Below, in pieces: positions 10,023 to 19,543 of a DNA stretch of 64,000 nucleotides. Numbering within the stretch: position 1 is the stretch's first letter; the number at the start of each line of letters is the position of its first letter. Where the stretch lies: contig CAMMZC010000003.1 in the NCBI GenBank assembly GCA_946529215.1, positions 3,976-67,975 of the forward strand. The letters are read 5' to 3'. The notes below the pieces were generated by a model. The model was not told the DNA's origin. It ran no database searches and saw only the letters and a program-made list of their open reading frames with translations. Made by a program: the position numbers and the translations under genes. This DNA comes from an uncultured Clostridia bacterium. GTDB taxonomy: Bacteria; Bacillota; Clostridia; TANB77; CAG-508.

Positions 10023-11426
10023 TTAATTCTTCGCAAGCTCATATATTGCTTCTGCATATATTTTACAAGCTAAAACTATTTTTTCTATATCTACAAATTC
10101 ATTTGCCTGATGACACATATCTTGGTCACCTGGAAAATTTGCGCCAAAAGATATACAATTTTCAAAAGCTCTTGCATAAGTACCTCCACCAATTGCAATA
10201 GGTTCAGCATTAGAATTTGTATTTTTGTTGTATATGCCACAAAGTAATTTTACAAGCTCATTATCTTTTGGAATATATAATGGCTCTTGGTTACCTGCAA
10301 CATATGTTTCTAAATCGAATTTTTCACATTTCTTTGCAATATTATCTGTAACCTCTAAAATTGGCGTATTTACAGGAATTCTTAAGTTTATTCCTATTTG
10401 CAAAAAATCTTCATAGAATTTAAAATGTCCAACATTTAAAGTAAGTACTCCTGATTCATCTTGTAATGCCAAATCTAAAAGCCTTCCGTTATATTCCATT
10501 CCAATATATTTTTCAAAAAAATCTAAAATATTAATGTTGTAATTAAAATGCTTATAAATTCTGTTTAATAAAATAATCATTTGAGAAACTGCATTTTTAC
10601 CAAGTTCAGGATGTGCTGCATGTGCTTGAACTCCTTTAGATGTAATATGAATGTCTGTATCATAAGTATCATAAGAAATATTGAAGTTTAGTTCTCTAAT
10701 AACATCACTTAAATAATTAAAACAATCTCCAACATCAATTTTATCTGGGTCAAGTTTTAAAACAACTTTGCAGTATTTTGGCACAACATTTATAGCATTA
10801 TTTTTGCAATCAATTTGTGCTATCTTTATTGGCAAATCTTCATATTTTGAATAATCTTCTTTTATATAAATTGTTGCAATTCCCTTTTCTGCATAAATAC
10901 ATGGAAAATTTGCATCAGGACTAAATCCAATGCTTGGAAGTTCTTCTTTTTCTTTGTAATGTTTAATACATTTCCAAGCTTTTTCTTCATTTACTCCTAA
11001 TATTAAACGTACCCTTGAATTCACTTTTAAATTATCTTTAACAGCTTTCATTGCGTATAGTGAACTTATTACAGGACCTTTATCATCAATTGTACCTCGT
11101 CCATAGATTTTTCCATCTCTTATATTTGCCTCAAATGGTGGTGTATCCCAACCATCTCCACTTGGAACAACATCTAAATGTCCAATTATTCCAACTAATT
11201 TTTCTCCTTCGCCAAATTCTATGTATCCACAATAATTATCTATATTTTTAGTTCTAAATCCTAATCTTTCCCCTAATTTTAAAGTATAGTCTAGAACATT
11301 TTTACATCCTTCTCCAAAAGGCATTTCAGGATCATCTGTCTCTTCAGAAACACTTGAAATATTTACTAAGTTGCATATCTCTTTAACTATTTCATTTTTT
11401 TGGCTTTCTATATATTCATCTAACAC
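10023..11426 (-). CDS. pepV: Dipeptidase PepV (M20 family, Xaa-His dipeptidase-like)
   Basis: 467 aa. M20 motifs GHLDVVP and GRGTIDDKGP. Confidence 0.85.
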   Translation of the reverse strand: MLDEYIESQKNEIVKEICNLVNISSVSEETDDPEMPFGEGCKNVLDYTLKLGERLGFRTKNIDNYCGYIEFGEGEKLVGIIGHLDVVPSGDGWDTPPFEANIRDGKIYGRGTIDDKGPVISSLYAMKAVKDNLKVNSRVRLILGVNEEKAWKCIKHYKEKEELPSIGFSPDANFPCIYAEKGIATIYIKEDYSKYEDLPIKIAQIDCKNNAINVVPKYCKVVLKLDPDKIDVGDCFNYLSDVIRELNFNISYDTYDTDIHITSKGVQAHAAHPELGKNAVSQMIILLNRIYKHFNYNINILDFFEKYIGMEYNGRLLDLALQDESGVLTLNVGHFKFYEDFLQIGINLRIPVNTPILEVTDNIAKKCEKFDLETYVAGNQEPLYIPKDNELVKLLCGIYNKNTNSNAEPIAIGGGTYARAFENCISFGANFPGDQDMCHQANEFVDIEKIVLACKIYAEAIYELAKN

Positions 11427-11709
11427 TAAAAAACACCTCTTTACATTAATTATTCTATATTATAATTTATATGTTATTATATATAAAAATGACCTCGAAC
11501 TCATAGGTTATCCGAGGTACGATTAATATATAATATAGCAATCATTTTTAAACTTGTCAAGTATGATTTTGAAAATAACAATTGATACAATAATAAAATT
11601 ATATCATCATTAAATATTTATTTAATATTTTATTTTTTATCTCAAACCATAGCGTCCAATAAATCATATTATATAATATAATGTAAAATGAAAGGAGGAA
11701 ATGTAGAAT

Positions 11710-12288
11710 TTGGAAGTAAAAGGTAAAAAAATTGGATTTGTATTTACAGGTTCATTTTGTACATTTAAAAAAACAATACCACAAATGAAAAAATTAAAAG
11801 AATATGGGGCTGAAATTTTGCCAATAATGTCATTTAACAGTTATAATTTAGATACTAAATTTGGTAAAGCTAAAGATTTTGTAAAAGAAATTGAAGAAAT
11901 TTGCAAAAAAGAAATAATTCATACAATACAAGGCGCTGAACCAATTGGCCCCAGTCACTTAACTGATATTATGATTGTTGCACCAGCAAGTGGAAATACT
12001 ATGTCCAAACTTGCTAGTGATATTATAGATACACCTGCTACTATGGCAGTAAAATCACATCTAAGGAACAACTTACCTGTTGTTATTGCCCCTTCTACGA
12101 ATAATGGGCTTGGAGCAAATATGGCAAGTATTGCAGCTCTTATAAATAGAAAAAATTATTATTTTGTTCCATTTAGGCAAGACAACCCAATAACTAAACC
12201 TCGCTCCATTGTTTTTGACCCTGAATATATATTGAAGACAACGGAACTTGCATTAGATGGAGAACAAATTGAGCCAATACTTTTGTAA
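11710..12288 (+). CDS. HFCD-family flavoprotein, dipicolinate synthase subunit B-like
   Basis: 192 aa. GFVFTGSFCT flavin-binding loop and VIAPSTNNG motif. TTG start at 11710 after GGAGG (11694..11698). No adjacent subunit A gene. Confidence 0.65.
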   Translation: MEVKGKKIGFVFTGSFCTFKKTIPQMKKLKEYGAEILPIMSFNSYNLDTKFGKAKDFVKEIEEICKKEIIHTIQGAEPIGPSHLTDIMIVAPASGNTMSKLASDIIDTPATMAVKSHLRNNLPVVIAPSTNNGLGANMASIAALINRKNYYFVPFRQDNPITKPRSIVFDPEYILKTTELALDGEQIEPILL

Positions 12289-12353
12289 AAAATAAAACTT
12301 TATTATTTTAAAAGAGGACTCTAAATGAAGTCCTCTATCCTCATACTCAAAAT

Positions 12354-12998
12354 TTATCTTCCATCTGTTTGGATTTGATGTAAATCAAGTTCTTCAAAAA
12401 GTTTTATTAAATCTTGCTCAGGATTTTTTAATAATTCTTCTGCTATTTTATCTATATCTATTTGAGCCATATCTTTCCAAAATTCAAATAAAGAATCTCT
12501 TTCAAATACTTTTAATTCGCCCTCTATCCTTGTCATCACTTTTTTGATATTTTCTGGTAATTTATCAATATAATCTTGTATTTCGTATTTATCTTCAATT
12601 TCGCCTTCGAGAACACTAAAATCATTTCTTTGATTTTTTATCCATTTTTCTAAATTTTGTTTTGCTGATACATCATCAGTTTGATTTTTTATGTATTCTA
12701 ATTCAGGTGCACCAAGAATCTTATCAATATCTATTAATTTATGGTAAAATAAATAATCAGTTACTAAATGTAAAAAATATCCTCTTTTTTGACTATTTTC
12801 TATACTTCTTCCATTTTCCTGTAAATATTTTGCTGGGTTTGACCAAGCTGCATGTAATCCATAATGAGTACGTCCTTTTTCACTTGAAGGAACCAGATCT
12901 GGTTCAAGTGTACCAATAATAAATTTTTCTTCATCTTCTTCTTGATGATTTTTTAAATATAATTTAGCTATTGCTAAATGCATTGCAAAACTTGCCAT
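12354..12998 (-). CDS. Hypothetical protein (possibly zinc-dependent phospholipase C-like family)
   Basis: 214 aa. N-terminus MASFAMHLAIAKLYL with conserved His residues. Weak resemblance only. Confidence 0.35.
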   Translation of the reverse strand: MASFAMHLAIAKLYLKNHQEEDEEKFIIGTLEPDLVPSSEKGRTHYGLHAAWSNPAKYLQENGRSIENSQKRGYFLHLVTDYLFYHKLIDIDKILGAPELEYIKNQTDDVSAKQNLEKWIKNQRNDFSVLEGEIEDKYEIQDYIDKLPENIKKVMTRIEGELKVFERDSLFEFWKDMAQIDIDKIAEELLKNPEQDLIKLFEELDLHQIQTDGR

Positions 12999-13093
12999 AT
13001 TTATCTCCTGTCTTTCTTTAAAAATAATTACATTAAAACAATTTTGTGTTTTTTATTATGCAAACTTATTTACATAACATTATATCATAAATA

Positions 13094-13834
13094 TTACCAC
13101 ATTTCAACAATTGCATGCAATTTGTTTTCGTCTTGGCTTTTAATTGTTACTATATGTTTACCTTCTTCCATAGTATAATATATTTTCACAATTTCACCTA
13201 ATCTAATTTGATGTTTATATGTAATTCTTAAATTATCCTGTTCATCTGCAAAATACACCTCATCTGGTAAAATTTCATTTGCAAGTTTTAAATATACTAA
13301 ATTATTCATATGATTATTTACATCTATATTTGCTCTTCGAACTTCATATTCAATCATTTTTTCATAAGATATAGGCTCTTTTAATTTTGTAACTTTTTCT
13401 TCAGCCTCTTGCAAATTTCCTTCAGGATTAAAGAGTTCAAGTGTTTGTGTATCTAATTTTACAATCTTTCTTTGTTCAAAATTGTAAAATAACCATTTTG
13501 ATGTTGCAGTAGCAATTAACTCATCTTTCTCATCATAAATTTCAAAATTACGGTAACAATTAAAACTTGGCTTATCTGTAGGAAGCGCATAAGTTTTCAC
13601 TTTAATAGTATCATTAAAACAAAGTCTTTTTTTTACTTCCAAACTCCAATCTAAAATTAAAAATGCACCATTATTTTTTTCTATGTCATTTACTCCATAT
13701 CCTACCAAACCAGAATGATATGTTGCTATATCTTCTAAAAATGCCAAAATTCCATAATTTGTTAATTTATTTTTCATTCCAATTTCTCTTAATCCTAATT
13801 TATATGTTTGCTCTATTTTCATTTTTAAAATCAA
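13094..13834 (-). CDS. Acyl-ACP thioesterase
   Basis: 246 aa. Hotdog-type acyl-ACP thioesterase pattern (YGILAFLEDIATYHSG..., LILDWSLEVKKR). Confidence 0.75.
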   Translation of the reverse strand: MILKMKIEQTYKLGLREIGMKNKLTNYGILAFLEDIATYHSGLVGYGVNDIEKNNGAFLILDWSLEVKKRLCFNDTIKVKTYALPTDKPSFNCYRNFEIYDEKDELIATATSKWLFYNFEQRKIVKLDTQTLELFNPEGNLQEAEEKVTKLKEPISYEKMIEYEVRRANIDVNNHMNNLVYLKLANEILPDEVYFADEQDNLRITYKHQIRLGEIVKIYYTMEEGKHIVTIKSQDENKLHAIVEMW

Positions 13835-13880
13835 TTCCTCTCTTTTAAGGTTGCTTTTTGTGACGGAGAAAAAAGTAACT

Positions 13881-15200
13881 TTAATACCCAGGTTTTTCTA
13901 GCAACCTAAACATATTCCTCTTATACTCTTCAACTCCAGGTTGATTAAATGGATTTACACCTAAAATATTTCCAGATATTGCACAAGAAAGTTCAAAGAA
14001 ATATATAAGTTCTCCAATATTTTCTTCATTTAGCTCATCAATTGTTACCATAATATTTGGAACTCCCCCTGAAACATGTGCTTCAATTGTACCTTCCATA
14101 GCTTTTTTATTTACATAGTCTAAATCTTTTCCTGCTAAATAATTTAATCCATCTAAATTATCATCATCTGCATTTAATCTAATATTCAAATTAGGATTTT
14201 TAACATTAACTACGGTTTCAAATAAATTACGTCTTCCATCTTGTACATATTGTCCCATAGAATGTAAATCTGTGGTATAATCAACTCCGGCAGGGAATAT
14301 TCCACTTCTTTCCTTTCCTTCACTTTCTCCATAAAGTTGTTTCCACCATTCTGTAAAGTAGTGTAATTTTGGTTCGTAATTAACCAAAATTTCAATATTT
14401 TTTTCACTTTTATATAAAATATTTCTTGCAATTGCATATCTGTAACATTCATTATATTTTAAGTCACTATCTGAATATTTCTCTTGAGCAACTCTTGCAC
14501 CATTCATTAGTCTGTCTATATCTATTCCTGCTGTAGCTATTGGAAGAAGGCCAACTGCTGACAAAACAGAATATCTACCACCAACATTGTCTGGCACAAC
14601 AAATCTCTCATAACCTTCCATTTCTGATAGAGTTTTTAGAGCTCCTCTTTCTTTATCTGTTGTAACGTAAATTCTACTTCTAGCCTCATCTATTCCATAT
14701 TTATTTTCTAAAATTTCTCTAAATATTCTAAAAGCAATTGCAGGCTCTGTCGTTGTTCCTGATTTTGAAATTACATTTACAGAAAAATCTTTATCTTCCA
14801 AAATTTCTATTAATTCATTAATATAATTTGGGCTTAAATTATTTCCTACATAAAAAATCATAGGATATTTTCTTTTTTCTTCTTTTTGAAGATTTACAAA
14901 AGAACTTGAAAGTGCATCTATAACAGCTCTTGAGCCTAAATATGATCCACCTATTCCAATTACTAATAAAACATCAGATTCTTTTCTAATTTTTTCTGCT
15001 GCTTTTTTTATTCTTTCAAATTCTTCTTTATCATAGTTTGTAGGAAGCTCTAACCATCCAACAAAATCTTCTTCATCTCCTGCTCTTCTGTGTAAATCTT
15101 TGTGAATATTTTCTACTTGAGATTTATATTGCATTATCTCTTTCTCATCAATTTTGGCATTTTCTAAATTTAATTTTAACATTTCTATCATCCTTTCCAT
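13881..15200 (-). CDS. pgi: Glucose-6-phosphate isomerase
   Basis: 439 aa. [13 protein letters not shown] motif and Pgi family layout. Confidence 0.9.
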   Translation of the reverse strand: MERMIEMLKLNLENAKIDEKEIMQYKSQVENIHKDLHRRAGDEEDFVGWLELPTNYDKEEFERIKKAAEKIRKESDVLLVIGIGGSYLGSRAVIDALSSSFVNLQKEEKRKYPMIFYVGNNLSPNYINELIEILEDKDFSVNVISKSGTTTEPAIAFRIFREILENKYGIDEARSRIYVTTDKERGALKTLSEMEGYERFVVPDNVGGRYSVLSAVGLLPIATAGIDIDRLMNGARVAQEKYSDSDLKYNECYRYAIARNILYKSEKNIEILVNYEPKLHYFTEWWKQLYGESEGKERSGIFPAGVDYTTDLHSMGQYVQDGRRNLFETVVNVKNPNLNIRLNADDDNLDGLNYLAGKDLDYVNKKAMEGTIEAHVSGGVPNIMVTIDELNEENIGELIYFFELSCAISGNILGVNPFNQPGVEEYKRNMFRLLEKPGY

Positions 15201-15273
15201 TTGACATATTGTACATAGAATTTATATACAACTTTTTTTTTAATAATATGATTGTATCAAAACATAAAAAAAA

Positions 15274-15310
15274 TAGCAAGTAATTTTTTATTTTCTTGCT
15301 ACTTTTTTTA
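15274..15310 (-). terminator. Rho-independent terminator after rpmA (bidirectional)
   Basis: A8 run, hairpin tagcaag...cttgcta, then T7 run. Confidence 0.6.
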
Positions 15311-15312
15311 TA

Positions 15313-15594
15313 TTATTGAGCATTAGCTACTTTCTTTTCTTCTACAGGATATACACTAACTTGTTTTTTATCTTTACCTTTTCTTTCAAATTTAACTGTA
15401 CCGTCAACTAATGCATAAAGTGTATCATCACTTCCAATATCTACATTAGTACCTGGATGTACCTTTGTTCCTCTTTGCCTTACTAAGATATTTCCTGCTA
15501 GAACAAATTGACCATCAGCTCTTTTTACACCAAGACGCTTAGATTCACTATCTCTACCGTTATGGCTGCTACCTTGACCTTTTTTATGAGCCAT
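15313..15594 (-). CDS. rpmA: 50S ribosomal protein L27
   Basis: 93 aa. [16 protein letters not shown]... is diagnostic for L27. Confidence 0.95.
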   Translation of the reverse strand: MAHKKGQGSSHNGRDSESKRLGVKRADGQFVLAGNILVRQRGTKVHPGTNVDIGSDDTLYALVDGTVKFERKGKDKKQVSVYPVEEKKVANAQ

Positions 15595-15655
15595 GTTTTT
15601 TCACTCCTTCCAGTTTTCGAATTTATATACTTTTAATTTAAATTCTAATTTTTAA

Positions 15656-16075
15656 TTAAGCATTAGCAGTTGCTTTTACTTTAGCTTCTGATTTTTTTGT
15701 ACTAGTTGTTTTTGTTTCAGTTTTTTTTGCTTCAGTTGCTTTAGTTTCTGCTTTTTTTGCTGTTGCTAAATTGATTGATGTAATCTCAACCTTTGTGTAT
15801 GGTTGTCTGTGTCCTTGTTTCTTTCTTTCATTCTTTTTAGCTTTCATTTTGAAAACAATGATTTTTTTGTGTTTACCATGAGAAACAACTTTTCCTTCAA
15901 CCTTTACACCTTTAACATAAGGATTTCCAACTTGTACTTTTCCTTCATCTGAAACTAAAACTACATTGTCGAATGTAACTTTTTTTCCTTCTTCAGCTTC
16001 TAATTTTTCGAAAAATACTACATCTCCTTCTGCTACTTTGTATTGTCTTCCACAGCTTTCAATTATTGCGTACAT
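15656..16075 (-). CDS. rplU: 50S ribosomal protein L21 (with lysine/alanine-rich C-terminal extension)
   Basis: 139 aa. [14 protein letters not shown]... is diagnostic for L21. There is no prp gene between rplU and rpmA. Confidence 0.93.
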   Translation of the reverse strand: MYAIIESCGRQYKVAEGDVVFFEKLEAEEGKKVTFDNVVLVSDEGKVQVGNPYVKGVKVEGKVVSHGKHKKIIVFKMKAKKNERKKQGHRQPYTKVEITSINLATAKKAETKATEAKKTETKTTSTKKSEAKVKATANA

Positions 16076-16170
16076 TTAAAATGCACCTCCCTTTTTCGTA
16101 TACTCGCTAATCCTTAAAAAAGGTAGTTAAATGTTTCATAACTTTTGTGTACCTTGACTAAGCGGATTAC
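16076..16170 (-). promoter_or_regulatory. rplU 5' leader (possible L21 leader regulatory RNA)
   Basis: About 95-nt untranslated leader between the predicted promoter and rplU. Ribosomal-protein leader elements are established in Firmicutes. The structure was not verified. Confidence 0.3.
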
Positions 16171-16178
16171 AATTACTT

Positions 16179-16207
16179 ATTATACAATAATTTTTACATC
16201 TTGTCAA
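16179..16207 (-). promoter_or_regulatory. Consensus sigma-70 promoter for rplU-rpmA
   Basis: Minus strand reads TTGACA (reverse complement of 16202..16207), a 17-nt spacer, then TATAAT (reverse complement of 16179..16184). Confidence 0.65.
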
Positions 16208-16258
16208 TGAATTTTTGGTATATTTTTGAAAAAATTTCATAAAATATTAAAAAAGTAC

Positions 16259-16287
16259 TTGACAATTCATATTAAACATATTATAAT
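16259..16287 (+). promoter_or_regulatory. Consensus sigma-70 promoter for tRNA-fMet
   Basis: TTGACA at 16259..16264, 17-nt spacer, TATAAT at 16282..16287, about 35 nt upstream of the tRNA. Confidence 0.7.
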
Positions 16288-16321
16288 TATATTTGTTTAG
16301 CACAAATATCATTTTAAACAT

Positions 16322-16397
<76 letters not shown>

Positions 16398-16402
16398 AAT
16401 AG

Positions 16403-16440
16403 AAACCTTGAAAACTTACGTTTTCAAGGTTTTTTATTTA
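16403..16440 (+). terminator. Rho-independent terminator after tRNA-fMet
   Basis: Hairpin aaaccttgaaaa-cttacg-ttttcaaggttt, then TTTTATTT. Confidence 0.75.
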
Positions 16441-16499
16441 ATAAAATTGTTAATACATTTGCAAATTTTAGTTAAGATATATATTTATTTTCTGATGCT

Positions 16500-18575
16500 T
16501 TATTGATTTTTTAATTTTAATATGTTGATTGTTTCCATAGTTTCTTTAGACTTCTCGTTATCTTTGCCATATACTTTGCATTGTAATTTGTATAATTTTT
16601 CGTATAACTCTAGCGAATTATTATATTTTTTCATTTTTTTATAAATACTAGCTAAATTATTTAAATTCCTTAATGTATTTGGATGAGTTTTCCCTAATGT
16701 TTCTTCACTCTTTTTATATGCTTCTTTTCCAAATTTTATAGCATTATCATAATTTTCTATATCACTATAATAAGTTGCAAGATTGTTTAACGATGTTAAT
16801 GTGTTAGGATGAGAGTCTCCCAATATTTCCTTTAATTTATTATAAACTATTTCACCTAATTTTACAGCTTTATTATAATTTCCCGTATGATTATAATAAT
16901 AAGAAAGATTATTTAAGCTTCTAAATGTATCTGGATGCTCATATCCTAATGTCTCTTTTCTATTTTTGTATACCTTTTCTCCTAACCTTATTGCTTCTTT
17001 ATAATCTTTTTTATAATTATAATAAATTGCAAGTCTGTTTAAACTTGTTAATGTATTTGGATGAGTTTTGCCTAATGTTTCTTTTCTTTTTTTATACACA
17101 TCTTTTCCGAGTTTTATTGCCATATCATAATTTCCTATATTACTGTAACTGACAGCTAGATTATTTAAACTAGTTAATGTATCAATATGAGTTTCTCCTA
17201 AACTTTCTTCTCTTTTTCTATATACTTCTTCTCCAAGTTTTATTGCTATATCATACTTTCCAATATCATCATAACCTCTCGCTATATTATTTAAACTATC
17301 TAATGTATATAAATTATTCTCTCCTAATACTTCTTTTTGGATTTTATAGCATTCATTGTTTACTTCCAATGCTTTGTTATAATCACCTGTATTTCTATAA
17401 GCAACAGCCAATTTAGTTAAACTTATCAATGTATTTAAATGTTTTTCTCCTAATTCTTTTTTATCTTTTTCATATACCTTTTTTTGCCACTCTAAAGCTT
17501 TTTTATAATCTAATTTTGTTCCTTTACCTTCTTCATATATATATACAAGCTCTTTCATTGCTTCTTTACATTCAAGATTTCCTGATTGTTCAAGCAGTTT
17601 TATTCCTTTTTCTTTATTTACTTCAACATCAATGCCATTTAAATATGCTAATCCTATAAAGTATAAGTGTTTTGGATCATCATTTTCCCTCCATGCTTCA
17701 TTTATTAAATACTTTTTTAAAGATTCACTTAAAAGCTCTGTATCATTTACTTTAATCGGAACAGGTATTTCTTTATATTTTTTTTGTAATTCTTCTTTAC
17801 TTGTATCTACCGCTTCAATTGGAACTATATTTTTACATTCTTTTTTAGCATTTGGATATTCTATTTTTTCCACATAGTTTTCTTCATTTACTAGATTTGG
17901 CGTTACAACCATTGCAAATAATTTACTTTTCTTCAAAGCTTCCTCTATTGACTCATTAAAATCTTGCCCTGGCTTTAAAAACTCATCATACCAAATTGCA
18001 ATATCTCTGCAAAATTCATTTTCATGAATTAAATGCATTATGTTTTCAGCATGTTTTTTGTCTTTTTTTCTATAACTTAAAAATATATATGCATCAAAAG
18101 CTTCTTGAACCTGTTTTCTCAATTCATCACTTACTAATACTGATTCTATATATTCTTTTAATTTACTTTTATATTTTTCTTCTCCAACAACTAACTTACT
18201 TAATGCTTGAAGGTTTCCACATTTTTCGTTAAAGTAGCTATCTATATTTGGCTCCATCATTATTGGCAAAATTGGAATATGATTATCCATTGCATATTGA
18301 AATTCTACTACTCTTGCATCACATTCTTCTGATATAAATTTCCATGTTACAGGTATCACAAATAAGTTTATTTGGCTCAAGTCATCTATAATTTCTCTTG
18401 AATTAATATTTTTATCAGCTTTATAATAAATTACACAATTTCTTATATCTAGAATTTCTTCAGTTATCTCTTCAAAATATTTATCAAAATCATTTTGATA
18501 GCAACAAAAATATACTCTTGATTTATCTTTTAGTTCTTTTCCTCTTGTTTTATATTTTAACTTTATTTCTTCCAT
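16500..18575 (-). CDS. Tandem TIR-like domains + TPR (TPR_10/12-type) repeat protein
   Basis: 691 aa. Residues about 160-300 match the TIR pattern (YIFLSYRKKD...IAIWYDEFLKPGQDF...FAMVVTPNLVNE). Residues about 15-150 are a second TIR/DUF4062-like module (RVYFCCYQNDFDKYF...). The C-terminal half holds about 8 TPR repeats ending in SLNNLA..Y/ LGK.HPNTL. Confidence 0.7.
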   Translation of the reverse strand: MEEIKLKYKTRGKELKDKSRVYFCCYQNDFDKYFEEITEEILDIRNCVIYYKADKNINSREIIDDLSQINLFVIPVTWKFISEECDARVVEFQYAMDNHIPILPIMMEPNIDSYFNEKCGNLQALSKLVVGEEKYKSKLKEYIESVLVSDELRKQVQEAFDAYIFLSYRKKDKKHAENIMHLIHENEFCRDIAIWYDEFLKPGQDFNESIEEALKKSKLFAMVVTPNLVNEENYVEKIEYPNAKKECKNIVPIEAVDTSKEELQKKYKEIPVPIKVNDTELLSESLKKYLINEAWRENDDPKHLYFIGLAYLNGIDVEVNKEKGIKLLEQSGNLECKEAMKELVYIYEEGKGTKLDYKKALEWQKKVYEKDKKELGEKHLNTLISLTKLAVAYRNTGDYNKALEVNNECYKIQKEVLGENNLYTLDSLNNIARGYDDIGKYDIAIKLGEEVYRKREESLGETHIDTLTSLNNLAVSYSNIGNYDMAIKLGKDVYKKRKETLGKTHPNTLTSLNRLAIYYNYKKDYKEAIRLGEKVYKNRKETLGYEHPDTFRSLNNLSYYYNHTGNYNKAVKLGEIVYNKLKEILGDSHPNTLTSLNNLATYYSDIENYDNAIKFGKEAYKKSEETLGKTHPNTLRNLNNLASIYKKMKKYNNSLELYEKLYKLQCKVYGKDNEKSKETMETINILKLKNQ

Positions 18576-18647
18576 AACAATACTCCTATCATAAAAATTC
18601 TCTACTATTTTGTAAATGGTAAATTATTTAAAAAAATAACAATGTTA

Positions 18648-19232
18648 TTAATTAGTGATTGATTTACACATATAAATCCAAATATAGCTCCACAAATTCC
18701 ACCGAATTAAATGAGAATCATGTGCTATATTATCTTTCTTTCTTAGATCTTTTATTTCATCTATAATATAAAATATTATTATTAATACTAGAGTTATTGG
18801 TATTTTATTTTCTGTAATATTAACAAATGCACTTAAAACAGTTAGCATAAAAGATATACAGCTTGCACCTTTAAGCCATTCTTTTCCTTTAATAAAATTG
18901 AAAATTCCAACCACAAATGCAGTTATTAATATCATAATTAATAAATTAACAGAACCGTACTTTTCTTCTATAAGAGGTCCGAGTAATAAAATTTTTAGAT
19001 AATTATTTGAAAGATGACTCCAATCAGCATGTCCAAGTATATGTGTAAATAATCTTATATAAGTTAATGGGTTTAGTAAAGACGCTCTTTCTGTCGAAAA
19101 TACACGTCTTGTAGATTTTCCTTTTGTAATTTTGTCTAATAGAAGCACACCAAGAGATATAAAGAACATTGTAAGAGTTACAACAGCATTATATTGAAAA
19201 TAGTCCATTATATTAATTTCTTGTATATTCAA
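18648..19232 (-). CDS. Rhomboid-family intramembrane protease-like membrane protein
   Basis: 194 aa, multi-TM. GHADWSHLSNN, GASCIS (GxSx) and AHDSHL motifs are rhomboid-like. The ORF-track start is TTG; an alternative ATG is at 19208. Confidence 0.5.
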   Translation of the reverse strand: MNIQEINIMDYFQYNAVVTLTMFFISLGVLLLDKITKGKSTRRVFSTERASLLNPLTYIRLFTHILGHADWSHLSNNYLKILLLGPLIEEKYGSVNLLIMILITAFVVGIFNFIKGKEWLKGASCISFMLTVLSAFVNITENKIPITLVLIIIFYIIDEIKDLRKKDNIAHDSHLIRWNLWSYIWIYMCKSITN

Positions 19233-19543
19233 TGTTATCTCTTCCCTTCTTTATTCACCTTTAATATATTTTTGTATATCTTTAACTGCTTTTTTATTTC
19301 TTCTTATTTCTCTTGCTCTATTGATATCTTCCTTATACAACTCTTTGCATCTTATTTATTCTATCTATAATATCTCTTATTTCTTCTTGGTTATATTCTT
19401 TCATAAACTACTCCTACTCATTTTCAAAATACTGACTAAACTGATTTTTTAATTCGTTTAAATCATCAAAATCTATCACATCTTCTTTAATTTTACCATA
19501 CCTTATGCATAAATGGGCCATGTATATTTTATTACTTTTTTTA

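Noticed and set aside
13848-13906. Inverted repeat aggttgc...gcaacct near the pgi 3' end as a terminator
   Set aside because: The right arm lies inside the pgi coding sequence and there is no adjacent U-tract, so it is unlikely to be an intrinsic terminator.
16925-18232. Several 75-81-aa plus-strand ORFs inside the TIR/TPR gene
   Set aside because: They are antisense to a long well-supported CDS. Their low-complexity L/F/Y-rich translations are typical of spurious ORFs in AT-rich DNA.
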